A DNA stretch of 64,000 nucleotides from a virus (lineage: Duplodnaviria > Caudoviricetes): positions 6,588 to 70,587 of the IMG/VR virus record IMGVR_UViG_3300026043_000014, one strand, 5' to 3'. This document shows, one piece after another, positions 38,876 to 48,688 of this stretch; position 1 is the first letter of the stretch; each line of letters opens with the position of its first letter. The notes beneath the pieces are model-generated. The model had not been told where the DNA came from. It saw only the letters and a list, made by a program, of their open reading frames with translations, and ran no database searches. The position numbers and the translations under genes are program-made.

Positions 38876-39078
38876 GAAATGGCTCCGTCCGGTTCGTGGA
38901 TCCTCAGGAATCGCCCGTTGCGCGGCGCGCGAGCCGCCTGGAGCAAGATGATGCGCGTCCACGTGCTGACCGGCAGCCCCCGTAGAGCGGCTCGTTCCTC
39001 GAGCAGGGCATACTGCTCCGGCGTCAACTTGGTGGTCAAGGCCTTGGTTTTGAGTGTAAGCGCCTTGGTTTTCGCCAT
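38872..39078 (-). CDS. ribbon-helix-helix regulator
   Basis: LTTKLTPEQYALLEERAALRGLPVSTWTR. Confidence 0.65.
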   Translation of the reverse strand: MAKTKALTLKTKALTTKLTPEQYALLEERAALRGLPVSTWTRIILLQAARAPRNGRFLRIHEPDGAIS

Positions 39079-39174
39079 CGGTTAGTTTTCCGCCGTACTC
39101 CGGCGGTGTTCCGAATAGCATACTCGCGGCAAAAACTAGACCTGTCAAGCCGGTGCGCGTAAACTCGATGTGAG

Positions 39175-41282
39175 ATGGCCTTCGGCGCTGGACCCGAGCT
39201 GGCGGCGCAATGTCCGCGTGTCCCTCCGCCGGATGGTTGGCGAGCCTGGACAGCTGCGGACGGTCCTGTACCTCCTGAGCTTTCTCGACGTGCCGAGGCT
39301 CTGGTCGGCGATCAAACCCTGCCGCTAGGCACAACCGAGAGCTTCCCTCTCCCTGGAGTAACGACGCTCCTTCGGCTCGAGCCGCACGTATGGCAGACCA
39401 ACGAAAGCGGCACTCCGGTGCAAGGATGCTTTCGAGCCTCGAGCATCTACCTGCCGAGTCAGGTCGTAGTCGCCCCGGAAGAAAAAAGTTCGTCAGACAA
39501 GCTGATCACGGGTCTGACGATAGCGTCACTCGGCGTCGGCATCGTCGCGACCGTCGCGACGTTCAAATTCAGGAAGAGGCGATCGTGAACGAGCGTCTCT
39601 TCTTGGGTGACGTTTCGGCAGACGGCTTCGGCAGCGAACGGATCGTCTTGCCAGCCACGACGGGATCTCCGTGGGGCATGGCCGTGGCGACGAGCATGCT
39701 GTCCGCCGTCACAGGTTGGGCTCTCGACGGCGTGTGGCGAAGCCTCCGGGAGAAGAAATGATGGTGAACGAACAGCTCTTCCTCGGCGGCTGTCCGGTGA
39801 TCCGACCCGAAGGGATCTATCTCGACGGGCAGCGGGTCATCCGACTTGGAGTTGGCTTCGGTCTCGGTGATGTCGGCGATTTGATCGCGTACCGTCGCAT
39901 GTGGGATCCATTCATCGAAGCGCACTTGAACATCTGGCGAAACGTGAACGCTCTGCTCGAGAGCATCCCGACGGCGAAGAAGTGTCCTGCCGGGATCTTC
40001 GACGCGGAGGAGCTGAAGGATCTGGGATCGACGGAGCGAGCACTCTGTTCGTCTCTTTCACTCTCCCGCGCGCGGGTCTCCTCTACGGATCCTTCGGGCA
40101 TCCTGCCGCAATGGAACGCTTGGGCGGGTAAATCGAGTTCAGAGATCCTCGCAGGCGCGAAGGACATGCTTGAGTGGCACCAGAGCGTCGTCTTTCGCGT
40201 CGGCACGACGTACAAGGACGATCTCGTGAAGATCGGGGAGCTCTGGAACATCGAGATCGACTTGCCTGATGTTCCGAGTTTTTCCGAGCAACAGGACATC
40301 AGAGCCCGAATCGAAGGGGCGTACATCGCAACGAAGGGGGTCTTGCAGATCATTGGCTACGGTATCGGTCGAACGTTGGTGCTCGTCGGCAGCGTCGCCG
40401 AAGCCGTGGGCGAAGGGCTCACGCAAACTGCGAAAGCTCTGCCGTCGGCGCTACCGACGCCGAATACCTGGATCGGTATCGCAGCCGTTGCGGCCGTCGT
40501 CGGTGCGGGAGTGCTCATCTACTACGTGCCGAGAAAGCCCCGACTACAGAAGGAACGTGCTACATGACCCACGACATCCGCGATGACGCCGATACAGAGC
40601 CCCCCGAGCCGAAGAACGTCCACGAGATGACGGATCACGAAATTCTCCTCAATATCTACGAGCGGATCGAACGGATCGAAAAACGGCTCGGTGACGGTGA
40701 CAGCCGCATGGGTCGCATCGAAGCGAACATCGGTCTCATCGGCAACGCGGCGGTCGTGGCACTGAACCGTTCAGGTCACACGGAAGTGGCGGAGAGATTT
40801 TCTGATCTCGTGGAGAAGATGTACGCAGCGAACGGGGGCTTTCAGGACGAGCCGACGAACCCCGGTCGCGATCGAATGTGACTTCGGAAGAAGCCAAAGG
40901 TTGGATCGGCGTCATTCTGTCCGCCATCGGCGGTCTTCTGGCGCTGGCGAGTCCGGGTATTGCCAAATGGATCCGCCAGCGACGAGATGATCGACAGTTC
41001 GTTCTGACCGAGAAACGAGACGCGACTGCGCTGTTCATCGCCAGCTTGCAGAAACGGATCGAGGATCTAGAAAATGATCTCGACGAAGAGCGGGAGTGGC
41101 GGCGATTATCGGAAGAGCACAGGATCTCCGAGCTGCAAGAAAGACTCCGCCGACACGAGAGCATCGCGCGAGACGAACATGAGGGAGCCGTCGCGCGTGA
41201 CAGGGCCGCTGCTATCGCCCGAGAAGTCTCGAGTTACTTGGCTGACGTCACGAGTGATCGTCCGCCGCCACGTCGGCGATGA
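39175..41282 (+). CDS. plus-strand membrane-protein cluster (39175-39588, 39585-39761, 39758-40567, 40564-40881, 40878-41282); holin/hemolysin-like candidates
   Basis: Coupled starts and stops; terminal TM helices with basic tails; coiled coils. Confidence 0.6.
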
Positions 41283-41289
41283 TCTCGCA

Positions 41290-42275
41290 TCAAGGCAACT
41301 GCTTCGGGGGCGGCGGCTCTTCACCGGCCGCGGTGCCGCCGATGAACGCACCGACGACAGCTCCTGCCGCGCCGCCGACGACCATCGCGTCCTCTACTTG
41401 CTGGGGGCCGGACGTTTTCGGTCGGTACTCGGCCGCGTACTTTCCAGCCGCGGCTCCTGCGGCCCCGCCGAGCAGCGCGCCGAGAGCGCTGAAGAGTCCG
41501 GTTTTTGCGTTGCTCATTTTGCCTCCCAAGGACCTTCGAAATGCTCGTCCCAACAGATGCCGCATGGGCACGAGAAGTGCCCACATCCGCGATGGCACTC
41601 GCGCATCAGAGAATGATCGCAGTAGGCGCCGCGAGGTACCGGATCGAGACGTTTCGCCGCTTTCATGCAATCAGCCTACGCCGAATGGCGTCGACCGTCC
41701 ATCCGATCGCGGCCCCTGCGACGGCGCCCGGGTAGCCCCAGACGGCCTTGCCGATCCCCGTACTCGCCGCGATGATCGTGACAGATTTCCGGCACATCGG
41801 CGCCGCCGGCTTCGCGTCGGGCGGTTTGACGTCCTCACTCTGGGCGAGATCCAGGACGGGATCCTTACCCTGCGACGGCTCCATCGGTCTCCTCGACCTC
41901 GTAGGGCACTCCGTAGAGTACGCACATGACGGGCACAGCGGAGGGGCCGCGCGCGACGACAAACCACATCGCATCCGACTCGAAAGGCATCTCCATCACG
42001 GCTTGAGCCGACTGACGCACGAGCCCCTGCAAGAGGAGCGGCATCGGCCTGTCACCGAGGAGATCCTTGGCCTTCTTGATGTATCCCGTGCGCGTGTCGG
42101 CCTGGAAACCCGAAGGATCCTGTTCGGAAACGGTGAGCACCAGATCCCCGGTACCAAACTGCCTCCGTGCCATCCGGTATGCGTTCAGCAGCTCGGTCGG
42201 CGTGAAGAGCTTGCCGATCAGGCGCTTGCTTTCCTTCGAGGTACCCGGGGCGAAATCCAGTGCTGTCTTCTTCAT
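41290..42275 (-). CDS. two Gly-zipper membrane proteins (41290-41517, 41663-41884) and a hypothetical protein (41865-42275)
   Basis: GALLGGAAGAAAG and GAVAGAAIGW motifs. Confidence 0.55.
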
Positions 42276-42295
42276 GGGGGGAGAGTACCACGTCG

Positions 42296-43075
42296 TCAGG
42301 CCAACAGCGCCTCGAGCTGCTTTTTCGTCCCGCGAAAGACGTTCAGATCGCAATCTCCCGAGATCCCTCGCACAGATCCGGTACTCGTGTACTGCCAGAA
42401 GAGCCACGGCCAGCCGGGGAAGTCGGTGGGCGTGTCCGGCGGAGATCGCCGGTAGTCCGCGAGCCACAGAGGGTACCCCGACAAGCGGGAATAGCCTCCG
42501 AGTTCCAAATGCAAGAAACCGGAATACGTGTAGATGATCGACTGCCGACCTGTCCGATCCGACACACGCTCGCACCAACACGCGCACCAATCGATTAGTT
42601 CTGCCGGTTTCGGCAGATTCGGATGATCGTCTTCGATGTCCAACACCGGCGGCAAGAGTTTGCCGAATTTTTCGTGTGCGGTTTCCCAGACTTTCAGAAA
42701 ATGATCAGCCTCTCGAGCAGATCCGCCACTCGGATTGTTGCTCGGCCGAGCGAAATGGTAGATGCCCAAGAGAGACGTCACAGTACTCAGTCGATCCAAA
42801 TGATGCATAGTCATCGGATCGCTATACGTCGTCCCTTCGGTGGCTTTCACGAAGGCAAATTCCACGCTATCAAAACCTGATCCAAGCGTCTGGTGATGCG
42901 AGACGTCGATGCCTCGCGGCCATGGTCCCGCAAAGGGGAGAACCATGCGGACGGCATCGAGCGTTTTCGGACCGAACTTCCCGTCGACAACCAGATCGTT
43001 CTGCTTCTGGAAGGCACGTACTAGATCGATGAGATCCGGAGTCGTCCTTTCGTGAATGTACTCTTCGGGTGTCAT
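42296..43075 (-). CDS. endolysin: PG-binding domain plus GH25 muramidase
   Basis: VRAFQKQNDLVVDGKFGPKT; GIDVSHHQ, FVKATEG, GIYHF, VLDIE, FWQY, CDLN. Confidence 0.93.
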   Translation of the reverse strand: MTPEEYIHERTTPDLIDLVRAFQKQNDLVVDGKFGPKTLDAVRMVLPFAGPWPRGIDVSHHQTLGSGFDSVEFAFVKATEGTTYSDPMTMHHLDRLSTVTSLLGIYHFARPSNNPSGGSAREADHFLKVWETAHEKFGKLLPPVLDIEDDHPNLPKPAELIDWCACWCERVSDRTGRQSIIYTYSGFLHLELGGYSRLSGYPLWLADYRRSPPDTPTDFPGWPWLFWQYTSTGSVRGISGDCDLNVFRGTKKQLEALLA

Positions 43076-43113
43076 GCATTTACTTTAGCAGGGGGTAGGC
43101 GCTTCGGACATCC

Positions 43114-43301
43114 GTCGCAGCATTCGAAGCCCCACGCGGCTGTTATGGAAATCGTCCGCCGGTCGCGGCTGTCGTGGAAATCCATCCGTGACTTCTTCTT
43201 GTCGCGGCGTTCGGAGCCCCGCGCGGCTGTTGAGCGGTGCTCACGTGACTCAACCGGCTCGCGGCGTCGCGGCATTCGCAGCCCCGCGCGGCTCACGGAC
43301 A
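43114..43301 (-). CRISPR. degenerate mini-array: three repeats (43266-43301, 43201-43236, 43114-43149)
   Basis: Cores match the main repeat with 1-3 substitutions; gaps of 29 and 51 nt; the 51-nt gap holds a collapsed repeat remnant (ACAGCCGCGAC). Confidence 0.85.
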
Positions 43302-44030
43302 CACAGCAATGCTACCGGAAAAACCGGTGGTACCGCAGGCTTTACCGATTTCGCATTGACTCAAATCTGTGCAGGTCCCCACCTGCGTGGCCCCTTCCCA
43401 GCAGGTCCACAGATTGGCGGAATCGCACGGCTGAAAAACCACGGCGTTGCCTTTGCAACAAATACCGTAGCACTCTCCGTCGCCGCACCACGGCTTGTCT
43501 CCCCCGCAGGTCACACCAAGCGACCACGATCCCGAGGCGTCGCAGATCGTCTGTTGCCTTGCTGTTGAGCACGATCGATCGCCCGGTTTACACTCGACGC
43601 ACGCGCCATCGAGGCACCAACCTTCGCACGGCGCGCCGTTGTCGAGCCACGAGCCGCCGACGCACTTCTGTCGCTGCGCGCCGATGCACTGAGTCTCGGC
43701 GGTCGTGCAATCGCCCGCGGCCCCGCCGGTCGATGCGCCGCCGGTCGATGCACCGCCGGTCGATGCACCGCCGGTCGATGCACCGCCGGTCGATGCGCCG
43801 CCGGTGCCTCTTCCCGAGGTCCCGCCGGTCGATGCCCCGCCGGTCGATGCTCCGCCGGTCGATGCGCCGCCGGTCGACGGGGCGTCAACGTCTTCCGTCG
43901 AGACGCCTCCGTCGATCTGAACATCTGCAAGCGGAGGCCCCGCATCGGCCGTACCATAAAGCCCTACGCGGAAAGCATCTCCATTCCCACAGCCGACGAG
44001 CAAAAGACCCAAGACGATTCCCATTTTCAT
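43293..44030 (-). CDS. myxobacterial-type lipoprotein with STGGA repeats and Cys-rich C-terminus
   Basis: LLLVGC lipobox; (STGG[A/T])n; repeated Cys motifs. Confidence 0.85.
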   Translation of the reverse strand: MKMGIVLGLLLVGCGNGDAFRVGLYGTADAGPPLADVQIDGGVSTEDVDAPSTGGASTGGASTGGASTGGTSGRGTGGASTGGASTGGASTGGASTGGASTGGAAGDCTTAETQCIGAQRQKCVGGSWLDNGAPCEGWCLDGACVECKPGDRSCSTARQQTICDASGSWSLGVTCGGDKPWCGDGECYGICCKGNAVVFQPCDSANLWTCWEGATQVGTCTDLSQCEIGKACGTTGFSGSIAVCP

Positions 44031-44857
44031 GATGCGTTCCTTCCGGAAATCAGAAGCTCCGTCACATTGCCCCGTTTGTTGCCCTTCGAATTCACTCGAC
44101 GAGGTGCAGAGACCTCCTCGATCTTGAATCCTTTGTAGAGCTCGCGCACGAACGGCGTATCGCTATTCGACAGGAGGACGTGAACCCCTCGCGAATCGAG
44201 CTCGAGAAAGAGGTCCCGGAGGCGGGTGTGATCGGCCTCACCGAAACCGCCTGCGGAGTACGCAGTGAAGTTTGACGTCCTGTTGAACGGCACGTACGGC
44301 GGATCGAAGTAGACGGCGTCTCCGGGTCCGGCGCTGTAAAAGACTTCGCCGAAGTCGCAGGAGAGAAGCCGCACTTTCTCGAGCGCGTCGTGCACTGCCA
44401 AAAGGTTCTGCTTGTCCAAGATCTTCGGATTCGCGTACTCCCCCATGGGCACGTTGAACTTGCCGGAGCGGTTCACGCGGTAGAGGCCGTTGAAGCATGT
44501 GCGGTTCAAGTAGATGAATCGCGCCGCACACTCTTTCCGTTTCGACGGCTCCTGTGCTCGGACCGCGTAGTAGAAGACCTCGCGGTGTTCTCGAGCGAAT
44601 TCTTCGAGCAACGCGACGACGGGAAATGGATCCTCCTGAAGCGCTTTGTAGGTCCGCATCAGCTCCACGTTGGCGTCAAAGAGCTCTGCGTGATCGAACC
44701 TCCGCTCGTTCGCAAGCGCAAAGAAGACGGCGCCCCCTCCTAGGAAGGGTTCGAAGTACGTTCCAATCCTCTTGGGGAGCCTCGGAAGGATCTCGGGCAA
44801 GAGCACGGTCTTGCCTCCCGCCCACTTGAGAAACGGCTTGGGGGTAGGTTGGCTCAC
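44027..44857 (-). CDS. D12-class (Dam family) N6-adenine DNA methyltransferase
   Basis: KPFLKWAGGK, EPFLGGG, FIYLNRTCFNGLYRVN, YFDPPY. Confidence 0.93.
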   Translation of the reverse strand: MSQPTPKPFLKWAGGKTVLLPEILPRLPKRIGTYFEPFLGGGAVFFALANERRFDHAELFDANVELMRTYKALQEDPFPVVALLEEFAREHREVFYYAVRAQEPSKRKECAARFIYLNRTCFNGLYRVNRSGKFNVPMGEYANPKILDKQNLLAVHDALEKVRLLSCDFGEVFYSAGPGDAVYFDPPYVPFNRTSNFTAYSAGGFGEADHTRLRDLFLELDSRGVHVLLSNSDTPFVRELYKGFKIEEVSAPRRVNSKGNKRGNVTELLISGRNAS

Positions 44858-45828
44858 GAACCCCCCTTGTGGCGTTCGAGCATGGCCTTCGCTACCGTAC
44901 CCAGATCGAAGAGCACCTTCCGGAGTTCGTCTCGCTCTCTCGCCAGCCGTTCAGATTTGTCGAAGAGCTCTTTGATGGCGGTTCTGGCAGCGAGTGGCGA
45001 CGGTATGGCGCCGAACGCGACGGATTCGATCGCGGCTCGCCATTCGTTGCACTCATTACGGAGACGAATGTTTTCCTTCTCGAACGCATCGGCGCGCTGC
45101 GACTGTTTGGCCAGGATGTCACGCAAGGTGTTGTCGTCCATTTCTGCGCGTCTCATTTCCTTTTTACCTTCAGACGTTCGTGCAAGGCGCCGATGGGATC
45201 GACGATCAAAGCCGCCGCGGTCTTCATCGCGTCAGGCAAATCCGACGCTTCGATGGCCTGTCGCGCCTCCGTTCGCTCACGTTGCTCTTCAAGATGCTGC
45301 TCTAGCTTCTGTGCCGATTGTGCGAACCTCGAAAACCGACGCACTTGCCGTCGTCTCATTGCCGCCTTGCGTTGCCTCTTCGCTCGGCTCATTTCGAGAA
45401 CCCGCCTTCCGCCTTCTCGATGCGATCGATCAGCACCAAGACGATTCGTATCAGTTCTTGGACTCGTCGCGCTATCTCGGCGTCGTTCACCAAGAACGGC
45501 TCGTGCCGGTGCACCTGAGTGTACGGCCCAAGCCGACGCATCGTCTCTTTCAGGTCAGCGCGAAGGCCGTCCAAGTCGTCTTTCACTTTTTGCCTCGCGT
45601 AATCTCCGCGGAAAGGACGCTCAGAGAAGTGCCTACGCCGCCGAGCCTGTCCGCGATCTCCTCCAGCAGAGAGTCACGTTGGGCGATTTCGTTTCTTAAT
45701 CGTTCGACTTCAGCGGCGTGCGCCTTGATGAGTCGGTCGACTTCCTCTTTCCGAGAGAGTCGTTCGGCTTCTACAGCGCGCTCGTTGGCTTCGTCGCGCT
45801 CACGTTTCAGATCGGCGTACTTCATCAT
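44854..45828 (-). CDS. four small coiled-coil hypothetical genes (44854-45156, 45153-45392, 45389-45586, 45583-45828)
   Basis: Coupled ATGA/GTGA overlaps. Confidence 0.6.
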
Positions 45829-45865
45829 TTCCTCTTTCTTCGGCTACGCTGCTGGTTGCTGCGCT

Positions 45866-45893
45866 GTCGCGGCGTTCGAAGCCCCGCGCGGCT
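45866..45893 (-). CRISPR. orphan repeat core fused to the cas12 stop codon
   Basis: TAG-CCGCGCGGGGCTTCGAACGCCGCGAC, 26/28 to consensus; followed by 37 nt, then the ATG at 45828. Confidence 0.88.
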
Positions 45894-47685
45894 ATGCGAC
45901 CTTCCTCTTCTTCGCGCGATCGAGGATCACCTGGCGCGCGCCGTAGTCCTTGTCTCGGGCGCGTCCGCACTTCGGACAGACGACGATGAGCTCCGGTCCG
46001 TTCACTTCGAGAAGGCCGTCGCAATTCTTTTCCGGGCACTCTCGCGTCGAATTGTGTGCCGAGACCTCGACGACGGTGCCGAAACGCTTGCAGATAGACA
46101 CGAACTCGTACCGGGCCGTGAGATCGCGATTGGCCCTCTGCCGGCGCTTGCGCTCCTCTTTGATCTGCACCTGCTGGATCTGCTTCACGTTCTCCGCCTC
46201 GAACGCGAAGGTCGAGTAGCGTTGACGAAGCTCTCGGACGACCCCGATGTAGAGCTCCTTTCGGAGGTTCTGGAACCGCTTCCGTCGCTGTTCGACACGT
46301 CGTTCGTAGCGCATCTCCCAGCGGAGCCACGCGGTCTCCTCCTCGGTCTTCACGCCGCTGCGCATGAGCATCCGTCGGTAACCCCAACGATTCATCTTGT
46401 GCGGCAGCTTGAGCGCTGCTTTTCGTCGATCGAACATCTCGTCCATGCGACCCTTCAGTTCATCGATCTCGTCGAGCGCCTTGCGGCAGGCATTCGGGAT
46501 CAGGACTTCGCCGACCTGACCGTCGTCCCCGATCCATGCGAACGCACGGATCCCCTCGCGCCATCGATCGTGGCCGTGCTCACGGTGGCCCCAATCGAAC
46601 GCAACCGTTCCTCCGGACTTCGTCGGGACGAAATTCTTGCTCTTCGATTTCTCGATGTCGAAAGTAAGGCTCAGGCTGTACGACCAGCGCTCACCGTCGA
46701 TGCGCCGCGTGAGCTTCGCAGTCGTCGGCTTTTTCCCCTCAGGGATTTCGTGCCAGTTGTTGCACTCGGCCTTGAGTCGCACCCATTCGTCCTCGAGCCC
46801 GATGCGCAGCTCGATCGTCCACCACGGGGACGTGCGCTTGACGAGATTGATGGCAGCCCCGGGAGGTAGCTTGTGCCCCTGGAGCTTCTCCGAGGGGAAG
46901 CAGTCGACCACACGGTCGTCAACGCGGACCTCGGCAGCGGACCACGGCTCGCCACGACTGAGGATGCGAATGCCGACGGGATCCATCGCGAGAGACGTCG
47001 GATGGCGGAACTTCGGCCGGCGGATCTCCGCGGGCATCCCTTTCGCACGAAGCGATATCACGTCCCGACGGGCCTGATCGACGCTCTTGCAGAGCGCGTT
47101 CCACGTGCCCCAATAGATCCGCCTCTCGGGGGAGTTGTAGAGCTCCGTTCGATACTTCTCGCGACGAGACCGCCGTGGCGCCTTCGCGACCTTCGCCGCG
47201 TAGTGCTCGTCGGATTCGTCAGTCGTCAAAAGCGTGAACCTCTTCTCCCACGCCTCGTCCGTTTCACCTTTGCGGCGCTTCACTTTCGCCGCCGGCTTCG
47301 CGCGACGTCGGCGAACGGCCTTCGGTTCACCGACTTCTTCGTCGGCCCACTTGAGAGCCTCCTTCCAGCGGGGATCAGCGTTGCGGATCTTCCGGGCTTC
47401 TTCGAGCCGAATCTTGAGCTTCGCGGCGAGCTCCGGCTTGGGATCGGGGGCCCAGCGACCTTCTGGGGTGTGTTCGACCCTTTTCACTCGGCGCGCGAGT
47501 TGCGCAAGGATGCGCCCCGTGCGCACGATCCCCGGCGCGATCTCGTCAGCGGCCGCGTCGAGGATCTTTTGGTGCTCGGCTTCGAAGTCGAGGAGCCGAT
47601 GGTAGATCCATCGTGCGTTTCGGTATTCCTCGCCGAGACGATCTTCGTCTGAGAGGATCCTGGCCGGTCTGCTGAGTGTGATCAT
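45892..47685 (-). CDS. cas12m: compact type V CRISPR effector, Cas12m (V-M/V-U1)-like
   Basis: IYWGTWNAL...RAKGMPAEIRRPKF resembles Cas12m as I recall it (LYWASFN...RASGKPATLRHHRF). RuvC-I TVAFDWGHR, RuvC-II FAFEAEN, Zn finger and RuvC-III CPKCGRARDKDYGA; Arg/Lys-rich insertion; adjacent repeat. Confidence 0.8.
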   Translation of the reverse strand: MITLSRPARILSDEDRLGEEYRNARWIYHRLLDFEAEHQKILDAAADEIAPGIVRTGRILAQLARRVKRVEHTPEGRWAPDPKPELAAKLKIRLEEARKIRNADPRWKEALKWADEEVGEPKAVRRRRAKPAAKVKRRKGETDEAWEKRFTLLTTDESDEHYAAKVAKAPRRSRREKYRTELYNSPERRIYWGTWNALCKSVDQARRDVISLRAKGMPAEIRRPKFRHPTSLAMDPVGIRILSRGEPWSAAEVRVDDRVVDCFPSEKLQGHKLPPGAAINLVKRTSPWWTIELRIGLEDEWVRLKAECNNWHEIPEGKKPTTAKLTRRIDGERWSYSLSLTFDIEKSKSKNFVPTKSGGTVAFDWGHREHGHDRWREGIRAFAWIGDDGQVGEVLIPNACRKALDEIDELKGRMDEMFDRRKAALKLPHKMNRWGYRRMLMRSGVKTEEETAWLRWEMRYERRVEQRRKRFQNLRKELYIGVVRELRQRYSTFAFEAENVKQIQQVQIKEERKRRQRANRDLTARYEFVSICKRFGTVVEVSAHNSTRECPEKNCDGLLEVNGPELIVVCPKCGRARDKDYGARQVILDRAKKRKVA

Positions 47686-47704
47686 TTTCCTTCTCCTTTG
47701 AGTT

Positions 47705-48245
47705 TCATCGAATCCTCCCGCCGCGAAGCCACCGCCGCGCGTCTCCCATACCGATCTTTCCGGCGGCTTCCGAAGCCTCCCGGCGGATCGAATCGAGATG
47801 CGCTACGGCGTCGATGTCGCCATCGGCCCATGCGGCTCGCGCATCACGCCGAGCGAGCTCGGCTACGGCGCCGTGGATCCACAGAGGCAGCTCCGTGCGG
47901 AGATCCGCATCGATCGTTTCGAGGATTTGCCGTTCAGTCATCGTACGGCCTTCCTTCGACTGACGACCACGGCCGGCGGAGGACGCCGAAGCTCTCGGCT
48001 GATCCTCTGGCAGCGCTCTGCCGCGGTCTCGGCCTGGATGACGACCGCCGGCAAGTCCACGGGCGTCAAAGCGCCTTGAGCGTCCGTACGAAGGCGATAG
48101 CGGCCGGTCATGCCTCCCCCATTCGTGCTCGACCGACGAGGACATCGAGAAGGAGGTTCACCTCGGCCAAGACTGTGGGATCCGGCAGTTCGCCTTGCGA
48201 GACGATGTGCGGCGACAGATCGCGAAGCTTCTTTGTTCGTGTCAT
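47705..48245 (-). CDS. three small genes upstream of cas12 (47705-47941, 47938-48111, 48108-48245)
   Basis: Coupled overlaps. Confidence 0.5.
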
Positions 48246-48688
48246 GCTTCTTCCATTTCCCGAAGCCGCCGCGAGACACGGAGCAAGATCAAGTACCCGA
48301 GGAGATCGAGCTCGACGTCCTCCCCGGCGGCGCTCCCCCTCGCAAGGCGCGACAGTTTGTCGTCCAGCCGAACGCGGATCTGCTCCTCTGGATCGGCCCG
48401 AGAAAAAATCCGCACCGGATCGAGCGCAGAGTTTCCGTACGCGGCGTTCTTCTCGAGCAGTAGATTGCACAGGTCCCGGCACTCTTGGACGATGGCCTTC
48501 CGTTCGGGGAAAGAATCGATTTCTAGAGCCGCATCGAGAGCGCGCGCGACAAATCGTTTCGCTTCTTTGCTCCAGAGATAACTCTCCAGCCGGTGCTCGA
48601 CCTCCCAGCAAGCGTTGCACCTTTTGGTGCCGGTCTGGTGCGTATCGATGCCGCACGTTTCGCAGGGGACAGTTTCGACGTCAGCCAT
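48242..48688 (-). CDS. Zn-ribbon plus DUF1599/Nmad1-like nucleotide-modification-associated domain
   Basis: LLLEKNAAYGNSA...RVRLDDKLSRL. Confidence 0.7.
   Translation of the reverse strand: MADVETVPCETCGIDTHQTGTKRCNACWEVEHRLESYLWSKEAKRFVARALDAALEIDSFPERKAIVQECRDLCNLLLEKNAAYGNSALDPVRIFSRADPEEQIRVRLDDKLSRLARGSAAGEDVELDLLGYLILLRVSRRLREMEEA

Noticed and set aside
43072-43302. 76-aa ORF over the mini-array
   Set aside because: Composed of repeat translations; probably spurious despite start/stop overlaps.
47655-47680. Resemblance of spacer 9 to the start of cas12 (autorepression)
   Set aside because: Needs several gaps; not distinguishable from chance.
45892-47685. Plain IS200/IS605 TnpB
   Set aside because: Longer than typical TnpB, no tnpA or IS ends seen, Cas12m-like blocks, and a CRISPR repeat is attached.
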